Assembly (NCBI GenBank): GCA_964057225.1
Contig: OZ059896.1
Span: 4,340,001 to 4,404,000, forward strand
DNA length: 64,000 nucleotides
Direction of reading: 5' to 3'
Origin: Auanema rhodensis
Lineage: Eukaryota; Animalia; Nematoda
Shown here piece by piece: positions 44,027-58,100 of this stretch; the first letter of the stretch is position 1, and every line of letters starts with the position of its first letter. The notes under the pieces were generated by a model that was not told the origin of the DNA, ran no database searches, and worked only from the letters and a program-made list of their open reading frames with translations. The position numbers were made by a program, and so were the translations under genes.

Positions 44027-46138
44027 GTACATTTAATTAGCATAAATTAAAGTTCACGTAAATTTCAAAGTCATGGTTACCATGAACCAATATCAATAAA
44101 AATTTGTTTTTAAACTAATATGGACATGGGGAATCTAATTTTGAAAACCGCATCTCTTTATCTTTCACGTGAAGCGAGTTACATACCAAGTGCACATCAC
44201 GTGTACACTTAATTAGCATAAATTAAAGTTCACGTAAATTTCAAAGTCATGGTTACCATGAACCAATATCAATAAAAATTTGTTTTTAGACTAATATGGA
44301 CATGGGGAATCTAATTTTGAAAACCGCATCTCTTTATCTTTCACGTGAAGCGAGTTACATACCAAGTGCACATCACGTGTACATTTAATTAGCATAAATT
44401 AAAGTTCACGTAAATTTCAAAGTCATGGTTACCATGAACCAATATCAATAAAAATTTGTTTTTAGACTAATATGGACATGGGGAATCTAATTTTGAAAAT
44501 CGCATCTCTTTATCTTTCACGTGAAGCGAGTTACATACCAAGTGCACATCACGTGTACATTTAATTAGCATAAATTAAAGTTCACGTAAATTTCAAAGTC
44601 ATGGTTACCATGAACCAATATCAATAAAAATTTGTTTTTAGACTAATATGGACATGGGGAATCTAATTTTGAAAACCGCATCTCTTTATCTTTCACGTGA
44701 AGCGAGTTACATACCAAGTGCACATCACGTGTACATTTAATTAGCATAAATTAAAGTTCACGTAAATTTCAAAGTCATGGTTACCATGAACCAATATCAA
44801 TAAAAATTTGTTTTCAGACTAATTTGGACATGGGGAATCTAATTTTGAAAACCGCATCTCTTTATCTTTCAAGTGAAGCGAGTTACATACCAAGTGCACA
44901 TCACGTGTACATTTAATTAGCATAAATTAAAGTTCACGTAAATTTCAAAGTCATGGTTACCATGAACCAATATCGATAAAAATTTGTTTTTAAACTAATA
45001 TGGACATGAGGAATCTAATTTTGAAAACCGCATCTCTTTATCTTTCACGTGAAGCGAGTTACATACCAAGTGCACATCACGTGTACATTTAATTAGCATA
45101 AATTAAAGTTCACGTAAATTTCAAAGTCATGGTTACCATCCACCAATATCAATAAAAATTTGGTTTTAGACTAATATGGACATGGAGAATCTAATTTTGA
45201 AAACCGCATCTCTTTATCTTTCACGTGAAGCGAGTTACATACCAAGTGCACATCACGTGTACACTTAATTAGCATAAATTAAAGTTCACGTAAATTTCAA
45301 AGTCATGGTTACCATGCACCAATATCAATAAAAATTTGTTTTTAGACTAATATGGACATGGGGAATCTAATTTTGAAAACCGCATCTCTTTATCTTTCAA
45401 GTGAAGCGAGTTACATACCAAGTGAACATCACGTGTACACTTAATTAGCATAAATTAAAGTTCACGTAAGTTTCAAAGTCATGGTTACCATGCACCAATA
45501 TCAATAAAAATTTGTTTTTAGACTAATATGGACATGGGGAATCTAATTTTGAAAACCGCATCTCTTTATCTTTCAAGTGAAGCGAGTTACATACCAAGTG
45601 CACATCACGTGTACATTTAATTAGCATAAATTAAAGTTCACGTAAATTTCAAAGTCATGGTTACCATGCACCAATATCAATAAAAATTTGTTTTTAGACT
45701 AATATGGACATGGAGAATCTAATTTTGAAAACCGCATCTCTTTATCTTTCAAGTGAAGCGAGTTACATACCAAGTGCACATCACGTGTACATTTAATTAG
45801 CATAAATTAAAGTTCACGTAAATTTCAAAGTCATGGTTACCATGCACCAATATCAATAAAAATTTGTTTTTAGACTAATATGGACTCGGAGAATCTAATT
45901 TTGAAAACCGCATCTCTTTATCTTTCACGTGAAGCGAGTTACATACCAAGTGCACATAACGTGTACATTTAATTAGCATAAATTAAAGTTCACGTAAATT
46001 TCAAAGTCATGGTTACCATGCACCAATATCAATAAAAATTTGTTTTTAGACTAATATGAACATGGGGAATCTAATTTTGAAAACCGCATCTCTTTATCTT
46101 TCACGTGAAGCGAGTTACATACCAAGTGCACATCACGT
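44027..46138. repeat. 12-monomer block, copy 1 (other copies 47019-48954 with 11 monomers, and 57755-59866)
   Basis: tatcgata at 44975/47967/58703, gactcggaga at 45886/48702/59614 and cgtaagttt occur in the same order in all three copies. Confidence 0.85.
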
Positions 46139-49100
46139 GTACATTTAATTAGCATAAATTAAAGTTCACGTAAATTTCAAAGTCATGGTTACCATGAACC
46201 AATATCAATAAAAATTTGTTTTTAGACTAATATGGACATGGGGAATCTAATTTTGAAAACCGCATCTCTTTATCTTTCACGTGAAGCGAGTTACATACCA
46301 AGTGCACATCACGTGTACATTTAATTAGCATAAATTAAAGTTCACGTAAATTTCAAAGTCATGGTTACCATGAACCAATATCAATAAAAATTTGTTTTTA
46401 GACTAATATGGACATGGGGAATCTAATTTTGAAAATCGCATCTCTTTATCTTTCACGTGAAGCGAGTTACATACCAAGTGCACATCACGTGTACATTTAA
46501 TTAGCATAAATTAAAGTTCACGTAAATTTCAAAGTCATGGTTACCATGAACCAATATCAATAAAAATTTGTTTTTAGACTAATATGGACATGGGGAATCT
46601 AATTTTGAAAACCGCATCTCTTTATCTTTCACGTGAAGCGAGTTACATACCAAGTGCACATCACGTGTACATTTAATTAGCATAAATTAAAGTTCACGTA
46701 AATTTCAAAGTCATGGTTACCATGAACCAATATCAATAAAAATTTGTTTTTAGACTAATATGGACATGGGGAATCTAATTTTGAAAACCGCATCTCTTTA
46801 TCTTTCACGTGAAGCGAGTTACATACCAAGTGCACATCACGTGTACATTTAATTAGCATAAATTAAAGTTCACGTAAATTTCAAAGTCATGGTTACCATG
46901 AACCAATATCAATAAAAATTTGTTTTTAGACTAATATGGACATGGGGAATCTAATTTTGAAAACCGCATCTCTTTATCTTTCACGTGAAGCGAGTTACAT
47001 ACCAAGTGCACATCACGTGTACATTTAATTAGCATAAATTAAAGTTCACGTAAATTTCAAAGTCATGGTTACCATGAACCAATATCAATAAAAATTTGTT
47101 TTTAAACTAATATGGACATGGGGAATCTAATTTTGAAAACCGCATCTCTTTATCTTTCACGTGAAGCGAGTTACATACCAAGTGCACATCACGTGTACAC
47201 TTAATTAGCATAAATTAAAGTTCACGTAAATTTCAAAGTCATGGTTACCATGAACCAATATCAATAAAAATTTGTTTTTAGACTAATATGGACATGGGGA
47301 ATCTAATTTTGAAAACCGCATCTCTTTATCTTTCACGTGAAGCGAGTTACATACCAAGTGCACATCACGTGTACATTTAATTAGCATAAATTAAAGTTCA
47401 CGTAAATTTCAAAGTCATGGTTACCATGAACCAATATCAATAAAAATTTGTTTTTAGACTAATATGGACATGGGGAATCTAATTTTGAAAATCGCATCTC
47501 TTTATCTTTCACGTGAAGCGAGTTACATACCAAGTGCACATCACGTGTACATTTAATTAGCATAAATTAAAGTTCACGTAAATTTCAAAGTCATGGTTAC
47601 CATGAACCAATATCAATAAAAATTTGTTTTTAGACTAATATGGACATGGGGAATCTAATTTTGAAAACCGCATCTCTTTATCTTTCACGTGAAGCGAGTT
47701 ACATACCAAGTGCACATCACGTGTACATTTAATTAGCATAAATTAAAGTTCACGTAAATTTCAAAGTCATGGTTACCATGAACCAATATCAATAAAAATT
47801 TGTTTTCAGACTAATTTGGACATGGGGAATCTAATTTTGAAAACCGCATCTCTTTATCTTTCAAGTGAAGCGAGTTACATACCAAGTGCACATCACGTGT
47901 ACATTTAATTAGCATAAATTAAAGTTCACGTAAATTTCAAAGTCATGGTTACCATGAACCAATATCGATAAAAATTTGTTTTTAGACTAATATGGACATG
48001 GAGAATCTAATTTTGAAAACCGCATCTCTTTATCTTTCACGTGAAGCGAGTTACATACCAAGTGCACATCACGTGTACACTTAATTAGCATAAATTAAAG
48101 TTCACGTAAATTTCAAAGTCATGGTTACCATGCACCAATATCAATAAAAATTTGTTTTTAGACTAATATGGACATGGGGAATCTAATTTTGAAAACCGCA
48201 TCTCTTTATCTTTCAAGTGAAGCGAGTTACATACCAAGTGCACATCACGTGTACACTTAATTAGCATAAATTAAAGTTCACGTAAGTTTCAAAGTCATGG
48301 TTACCATGCACCAATATCAATAAAAATTTGTTTTTAGACTAATATGGACATGGGGAATCTAATTTTGAAAACCGCATCTCTTTATCTTTCAAGTGAAGCG
48401 AGTTACATACCAAGTGCACATCACGTGTACATTTAATTAGCATAAATTAAAGTTCACGTAAATTTCAAAGTCATGGTTACCATGCACCAATATCAATAAA
48501 AATTTGTTTTTAGACTAATATGGACATGGAGAATCTAATTTTGAAAACCGCATCTCTTTATCTTTCAAGTGAAGCGAGTTACATACCAAGTGCACATCAC
48601 GTGTACATTTAATTAGCATAAATTAAAGTTCACGTAAATTTCAAAGTCATGGTTACCATGCACCAATATCAATAAAAATTTGTTTTTAGACTAATATGGA
48701 CTCGGAGAATCTAATTTTGAAAACCGCATCTCTTTATCTTTCACGTGAAGCGAGTTACATACCAAGTGCACATAACGTGTACATTTAATTAGCATAAATT
48801 AAAGTTCACGTAAATTTCAAAGTCATGGTTACCATGCACCAATATCAATAAAAATTTGTTTTTAGACTAATATGAACATGGGGAATCTAATTTTGAAAAC
48901 CGCATCTCTTTATCTTTCACGTGAAGCGAGTTACATACCAAGTGCACATAACGTGTACATTTAATTAGCATAAATTAAAGTTCACGTAAATTTCAAAGTC
49001 ATGGTTACCATGCACCAATATCAATAAAAATTTGTTTTTAGACTAATATGGACATGGGGAATCTAATTTTGAAAACCGCATCTCTTTATCTTTCACGTGA

Positions 49101-52100
49101 AGCGAGTTACATACCAAGTGCACATCACGTGTACATTTAATTAGCATAAATTAAAGTTCACGTAAATTTCAAAGTCATGGTTACCATGCACCAATATCAA
49201 TAAAAATTTGTTTTTAGACTAATATGAACATGGGGAATCTAATTTTGAAAACCGCATCTCTTTATCTTTCACGTGAAGCGAGTTACATACCAAGTGCACA
49301 TAACGTGTACATTTAATTAGCATAAATTAAAGTTCACGTAAATTTCAAAGTCATGGTTACCATGAACCAATATCAATAAAAATTTGTTTTCAGACTAATT
49401 TGGACATGGGGAATCTAATTTTGAAATTCGCATCTCTTTATCTTTCAAGTGAAGCGAGTTACATACCAAGTGCACATCACGTGTACATTTAATTAGCATA
49501 AATTAAAGTTCACGTAAATTTCAAAGTCATGGTTACCATGAACCAATATCAATAAAAATTTGTTTTTAAACTAATATGGACATGGGGAATCTAATTTTGA
49601 AAACCGCATCTCTTTATCTTTCACGTGAAGCGAGTTACATACCTAGTGCACATCACGTGTACATTTAATTAGCATAAATTAAAGTTCACGTAAATTTCAA
49701 AGTCATGGTTACCATGAACCAATATCAATAAAAATTTCTTTTTAGACTAATATGGACATGGGGAATCTAATTTTGAAAATCGCATCTCTTTATCTTTCAC
49801 GTGAAGCGAGTTACATACCAAGTGCACATCACGTGTACATTTAATTAGCATAAATTAAAGTTCACGTAAATTTCAAAGTCATGGTTACCATGCACCAATA
49901 TTAATAAAAATTGGTTTTTAGACTAATATGGACATGGGGAATCTAATTTTGAAAACTGCATCTCTTTATCTTTCACGTGAAGCGAGTTACATACCAAGTG
50001 CACATCACGTGTACACTTAATTAGCATAAATTAAAGTTCACGTTAATTTCAAAGTCATGGTTACCATGAACCAATATCAATAAAAACTTGTTTTTAGACT
50101 AATATGGACATGGGGAATCTAATTTTGAAAACCGCATCTCTTTATCTTTCAAGTGAAGCGAGTTACATACCAAGTGCACATCACGTGTACATTTAATTAG
50201 CATAAATTAAAGTTCACGTAAATTTCAAAGTCATGGTTACCATGCACCAATATCAATAAAAATTTGTTTTTAGACTAATATGGACATGGAGAATCTAATT
50301 TTGAAAACCGCATCTCTTTATCTTTCACGTGAAGCGAGTTACATACCAAGTGCACATCACGTGTACATTTAATTAGCATAAATTAAAGTTCACGTAAATT
50401 TCAAAGTCATGGTTACCATGCACCAATATCAATAAAAATTTGTTTTTAGACTAATATGGACATGGGGAATCTAATTTTGAAAACCGCATCTCTTTATCTT
50501 TCACGTGAAGCGAGTTACATACCAAGTGCACATAACGTGTACATTTAATTAGCATAAATTAAAGTTCACGTAAATTTCAAAGTCATGGTTACCATGAACC
50601 AATATCAATAAAAATTTGTTTTCAGACTAATTTGGACATGGGGAATCTAATTTTGAAATTCGCATCTCTTTATCTTTCAAGTGAAGCGAGTTACATACCA
50701 AGTGCACATCACGTGTACATTTAATTAGCATAAATTAAAGTTCACGTAAATTTCAAAGTCATGGTTACCATGAACCAATATCAATAAAAATTTGTTTTTA
50801 AACTAATATGGACATGGGGAATCTAATTTTGAAAACCGCATCTCTTTATCTTTCACGTGAAGCGAGTTACATACCTAGTGCACATCACGTGTACATTTAA
50901 TTAGCATAAATTAAAGTTCACGTAAATTTCAAAGTCATGGTTACCATGCACCAATATCAATAAAAATTTGTTTTTAGACTAATATGGACTCGGAGAATCT
51001 AATTTTGAAAACCGCATCTCTTTATCTTTCACGTGAAGCGAGTTACATACCAAGTGCACATAACGTGTACATTTAATTAGCATAAATTAAAGTTCACGTA
51101 AATTTCAAAGTCATGGTTACCATGCACCAATATCAATAAAAATTTGTTTTTAGACTAATATGAACATGGGGAATCTAATTTTGAAAACCGCATCTCTTTA
51201 TCTTTCACGTGAAGCGAGTTACATACCAAGTGCACATAACGTGTACATTTAATTAGCATAAATTAAAGTTCACGTAAATTTCAAAGTCATGGTTACCATG
51301 CACCAACATCAATAAAAATTTGTTTTTAGACTAATATGGACATGGGGAATCTAATTTTGAAAACCGCATCTCTTCATCTTTCACGTGAAGCGAGTTACAT
51401 ACCAAGTGCACATCACGTGTACATTTAATTAGCATAAATTAAAGTTCACGTAAATTTCAAAGTCATGGTTACCATGCACCAATATCAATAAAAATTTGTT
51501 TTTAGACTAATATGAACATGGGGAATCTAATTTTGAAAACCGCATCTCTTTATCTTTCACGTGAAGCGAGTTACATACCAAGTGCACATAACGTGTACAT
51601 TTAATTAGCATAAATTAAAGTTCACGTAAATTTCAAAGTCATGGTTACCATGAACCAATATCAATAAAAATTTCTTTTTAGACTAATATGGACATGGGGA
51701 ATCTAATTTTGAAAATCGCATCTCTTTATCTTTCACGTGAAGCGAGTTACATACCAAGTGCACATCACGTGTACATTTAATTAGCATAAATTAAAGTTCA
51801 CGTAAATTTCAAAGTCATGGTTACCATGCACCAATATTAATAAAAATTGGTTTTTAGACTAATATGGACATGGGGAATCTAATTTTGAAAACTGCATCTC
51901 TTTATCTTTCAAGTGAAGCGAGTTACATACCAAGTGCACATCACGTGTACATTTAATTAGCATAAATTAAAGTTCACGTAAATTTCAAAGTCATGGTTTC
52001 CATGAACCAATATCAATAAAAATTTGTTTTTAAACTAATATGGACATGGGGAATCTAATTTTGAAAACCGCATCTCTTTATCTTTCACGTGAAGCGAGTT

Positions 52101-52298
52101 ACATACCTAGTGCACATCACGTGTACATTTAATTAGCATAAATTAAAGTTCACGTAAATTTCAAAGTCATGGTTACCATGAACCAATATCAATAAAAATT
52201 TCTTTTTAGACTAATATGGACATGGGGAATCTAATTTTGAAAATCGCATCTCTTTATCTTTCACGTGAAGCGAGTTACATACCAAGTGCACATCACGT

Positions 52299-55114
52299 GT
52301 ACATTTAATTAGCATAAATTAAAGTTCACGTAAATTTCAAAGTCATGGTTACCATGCACCAATATTAATAAAAATTGGTTTTTAGACTAATATGGACATG
52401 GGGAATCTAATTTTGAAAACTGCATCTCTTTATCTTTCACGTGAAGCGAGTTACATACCAAGTGCACATCACGTGTACACTTAATTAGCATAAATTAAAG
52501 TTCACGTTAATTTCAAAGTCATGGTTACCATGAACCAATATCAATAAAAACTTGTTTTTAGACTAATATGGACATGGGGAATCTAATTTTGAAAACCGCA
52601 TCTCTTTATCTTTCAAGTGAAGCGAGTTACATACCAAGTGCACATCACGTGTACATTTAATTAGCATAAATTAAAGTTCACGTAAATTTCAAAGTCATGG
52701 TTACCATGCACCAATATCAATAAAAATTTGTTTTTAGACTAATATGGACATGGAGAATCTAATTTTGAAAACCGCATCTCTTTATCTTTCACGTGAAGCG
52801 AGTTACATACCAAGTGCACATCACGTGTACATTTAATTAGCATAAATTAAAGTTCACGTAAATTTCAAAGTCATGGTTACCATGCACCAATATCAATAAA
52901 AATTTGTTTTTAGACTAATATGGACATGGGGAATCTAATTTTGAAAACCGCATCTCTTTATCTTTCACGTGAAGCGAGTTACATACCAAGTGCACATAAC
53001 GTGTACATTTAATTAGCATAAATTAAAGTTCACGTAAATTTCAAAGTCATGGTTACCATGAACCAATATCAATAAAAATTTGTTTTCAGACTAATTTGGA
53101 CATGGGGAATCTAATTTTGAAATTCGCATCTCTTTATCTTTCAAGTGAAGCGAGTTACATACCAAGTGCACATCACGTGTACATTTAATTAGCATAAATT
53201 AAAGTTCACGTAAATTTCAAAGTCATGGTTACCATGAACCAATATCAATAAAAATTTGTTTTTAAACTAATATGGACATGGGGAATCTAATTTTGAAAAC
53301 CGCATCTCTTTATCTTTCACGTGAAGCGAGTTACATACCTAGTGCACATCACGTGTACATTTAATTAGCATAAATTAAAGTTCACGTAAATTTCAAAGTC
53401 ATGGTTACCATGAACCAATATCAATAAAAATTTCTTTTTAGACTAATATGGACATGGGGAATCTAATTTTGAAAATCGCATCTCTTTATCTTTCACGTGA
53501 AGCGAGTTACATACCAAGTGCACATCACGTGTACATTTAATTAGCATAAATTAAAGTTCACGTAAATTTCAAAGTCATGGTTACCATGAACCAATATCAA
53601 TAAAAATTTGTGTTTAGACTAATATGGACATGGGGAATCTAATTTTGAAAACCGCATCTCTTTATCTTTCACGTGAAGCGAGTTACATACCAAGTGCACA
53701 TCACGTGTACATTTAATTAGCATAAAGTAAAGTTCACGTAAATTTCAAAGTCATGGTTACCATGCACCAATATCAATAAAAATTTGTTTTTAGACTAATA
53801 TGGACATGGGGAATCTAATTTTGAAAATCGCATCTCTTTATCTTTCACGTGAAGCGAGTTACATACCAAGTGCACATCACGTGTACATTTAATTAGCATA
53901 AATTAAAGTTCACGTAAATTTCAAAGTCATGGTTACCATGAACCAATATCAATAAAAATTTGTTTTTAGACTAATATGGACATGGGGAATCTAATTTTGA
54001 AAACCGCATCTCTTTATCTTTCACGTGAAGCGAGTTACATACCAAGTGCACATCACGTGTACATTTAATTAGCATAAATTAAAGTTCACGTAAATTTCAA
54101 AGTCATGGTTACCATGCACCAATATTAATAAAAATTTGTTTTTAGACTAATATGGACATGGGGAATCTAATTTTGAAAACCGCATCTCTTTATCTTTCAC
54201 GTGAAGCGAGTTACATACCAAGTGCACATCACGTGTACATTTAATTAGCATAAATTAAAGTTCACGTAAATTTCAAAGTCATGGTTACCATGAACCAATA
54301 TCAATAAAAATTTGTTTTTAGACTAATATGGACATGGGGAATCTAATTTTGAAAACCGCATCTCTTTATCTTTCACGTGAAGCGAGTTACATACCAAGTG
54401 CACATCACGTGTACATTTAATTAGCATAAATTAAAGTTCACGTAAATTTCAAAGTCATGGTTACCATGAACCAATATCAATAAAAATTTGTTTTTAGACT
54501 AATATGGACATGGGGAATCTAATTTTGAAAATCGCATCTCTTTATCTTTTACGTGAAGCGAGTTACATACCAAGTGCACATCACGTGTACATTTAATTAG
54601 CATAAATTAAAGTTCACGTAAATTTCAAAGTCATGGTTACCATGAACCAATATCAATAAAAATTTGTTTTTAGACTAATATGGACATGGGGAATCTAATT
54701 TTGAAAACCGCATCTCTTTATCTTTCACGTGAAGCGAGTTACATACCAAGTGCACATCACGTGTACATTTAATTAGCATAAATTAAAGTTCACGTAAATT
54801 TCAAAGTCATGGTTACCATGCACCAATATTAATAAAAATTTGTTTTTAGACTAATATGGACATGGGGAATCTAATTTTGAAAACCGCATCTCTTTATCTT
54901 TCACGTGAAGCGAGTTACATACCAAGTGCACATCACGTGTACATTTAATTAGCATAAATTAAAGTTCACGTAAATTTCAAAGTCATGGTTACCATGAACC
55001 AATATCAATAAAAATTTGTTTTTAGACTAATATGGACATGGGGAATCTAATTTTGAAAACCGCATCTCTTTATCTTTCACGTGAAGCGAGTTACATACCA
55101 AGTGCACATCACGT
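52299..55114. repeat. ~16-monomer block duplicated at 60395-63210
   Basis: tttgtgtttag at 53612/61708, cttttacg at 54550/62646 and the aattgg+actgc monomer at 52299/60395 all share offset 8096 = 46x176. Confidence 0.85.
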
Positions 55115-58100
55115 GTACATTTAATTAGCATAAATTAAAGTTCACGTAAATTTCAAAGTCATGGTTACCATGAACCAATATCAATAAAAATTTGTTTTTA
55201 GACTAATATGGACATGGGGAATCTAATTTTGAAAACCGCATCTCTTTATCTTTCACGTGAAGCGAGTTACATACCAAGTGCACATCACGTGTACATTTAA
55301 TTAGCATAAATTAAAGTTCACGTAAATTTCAAAGTCATGGTTACCATGAACCAATATCAATAAAAATTTGTTTTTAGACTAATATGGACATGGGGAATCT
55401 AATTTTGAAAACGGCATCTCTTTATCTTTCACGTGAAGCGAGTTACATACCAAGTGCACATCACGTGTACATTTAATTAGCATAAATTAAAGTTCACGTA
55501 AATTTCAAAGTCATGGTTACCATGCACCAATATTAATAAAAATTTGTTTTTAGACTAATATGGACATGGGGAATCTAATTTTGAAAACCGCATCTCTTTA
55601 TCTTTCACGTGAAGCGAGTTACATACCAAGTGCACATCACGTGTACATTTAATTAGCATAAATTAAAGTTCACGTAAATTTCAAAGTCATGGTTACCATG
55701 AACCAATATCAATAAAAATTTGTTTTTAGACTAATATGGACATGGGGAATCTAATTTTGAAAACCGCATCTCTTTATCTTTCACGTGAAGCGAGTTACAT
55801 ACCAAGTGCACATCACGTGTACATTTAATTAGCATAAATTAAAGTTCACGTAAATTTCAAAGTCATGGTTACCATGAACCAATATCAATAAAAATTTGTT
55901 TTTAGACTAATATGGACATGGGGAATCTAATTTTGAAAATCGCATCTCTTTATCTTTCACGTGAAGCGAGTTACATACCAAGTGCACATCACGTGTACAT
56001 TTAATTAGCATAAATTAAAGTTCACGTAAATTTCAAAGTCATGGTTACCATGAACCAATATCAATAAAAATTTGTTTTTAGACTAATATGGACATGGGGA
56101 ATCTAATTTTGAAAACCGCATCTCTTTATCTTTCACGTGAAGCGAGTTACATACCAAGTGCACATCACGTGTACATTTAATTAGCATAAATTAAAGTTCA
56201 CGTAAATTTCAAAGTCATGGTTACCATGAACCAATATCAATAAAAATTTGTTTTTAGACTAATATGGACATGGGGAATCTAATTTTGAAAACCGCATCTC
56301 TTTATCTTTCACGTGAAGCGAGTTACATACCAAGTGCACATCACGTGTACATTTAATTAGCATAAATTAAAGTTCACGTAAATTTCAAAGTCATGGTTAC
56401 CATGAACCAATATCAATAAAAATTTGTTTTTAAACTAATATGGACATGGGGAATCTAATTTTGAAAACCGCATCTCTTTATCTTTCACGTGAAGCGAGTT
56501 ACATACCAAGTGCACATAACGTGTACATTTAATTAGCATAAATTAAAGTTCACGTAAATTTCAAAGTCATGGTTACCATGCACCAATATCAATAAAAATT
56601 TGTTTTTAGACTAATATGGACATGGAGAATCTAATTTTGAAAACCGCATCTCTTTATCTTTCACGTGAAGCGAGTTACATACCAAGTGCACATCACGTGT
56701 ACATTTAATTAGCATAAATTAAAGTTCACGTAAATTTCAAAGTCATGGTTACCATGCACCAATATTAATAAAAATTTGTTTTTAGACTAATATGGACATG
56801 GGGAATCTAATTTTGAAAACCGCATCTCTTTATCTTTCACGTGAAGCGAGTTACATACCAAGTGCACATCACGTGTACATTTAATTAGCATAAATTAAAG
56901 TTCACGTAAATTTCAAAGTCATGGTTACCATGAACCAATATCAATAAAAATTTGTTTTTAGACTAATATGGACATGGGGAATCTAATTTTGAAAACCGCA
57001 TCTCTTTATCTTTCACGTGAAGCGAGTTACATACCAAGTGCACATCACGTGTACATTTAATTAGCATAAATTAAAGTTCACGTAAATTTCAAAGTCATGG
57101 TTACCATGAACCAATATCAATAAAAATTTGTTTTTAGACTAATATGGACATGGGGAATCTAATTTTGAAAATCGCATCTCTTTATCTTTCACGTGAAGCG
57201 AGTTACATACCAAGTGCACATCACGTGTACATTTAATTAGCATAAATTAAAGTTCACGTAAATTTCAAAGTCATGGTTACCATGAACCAATATCAATAAA
57301 AATTTGTTTTTAGACTAATATGGACATGGGGAATCTAATTTTGAAAACCGCATCTCTTTATCTTTCACGTGAAGCGAGTTACATACCAAGTGCACATCAC
57401 GTGTACATTTAATTAGCATAAATTAAAGTTCACGTAAATTTCAAAGTCATGGTTACCATGAACCAATATCAATAAAAATTTGTTTTTAGACTAATATGGA
57501 CATGGGGAATCTAATTTTGAAAACCGCATCTCTTTATCTTTCACGTGAAGCGAGTTACATACCAAGTGCACATCACGTGTACATTTAATTAGCATAAATT
57601 AAAGTTCACGTAAATTTCAAAGTCATGGTTACCATGAACCAATATCAATAAAAATTTGTTTTTAGACTAATATGGACATGGGGAATCTAATTTTGAAAAC
57701 CGCATCTCTTTATCTTTCACGTGAAGCGAGTTACATACCAAGTGCACATCACGTGTACATTTAATTAGCATAAATTAAAGTTCACGTAAATTTCAAAGTC
57801 ATGGTTACCATGAACCAATATCAATAAAAATTTGTTTTTAAACTAATATGGACATGGGGAATCTAATTTTGAAAACCGCATCTCTTTATCTTTCACGTGA
57901 AGCGAGTTACATACCAAGTGCACATCACGTGTACACTTAATTAGCATAAATTAAAGTTCACGTAAATTTCAAAGTCATGGTTACCATGAACCAATATCAA
58001 TAAAAATTTGTTTTTAGACTAATATGGACATGGGGAATCTAATTTTGAAAACCGCATCTCTTTATCTTTCACGTGAAGCGAGTTACATACCAAGTGCACA

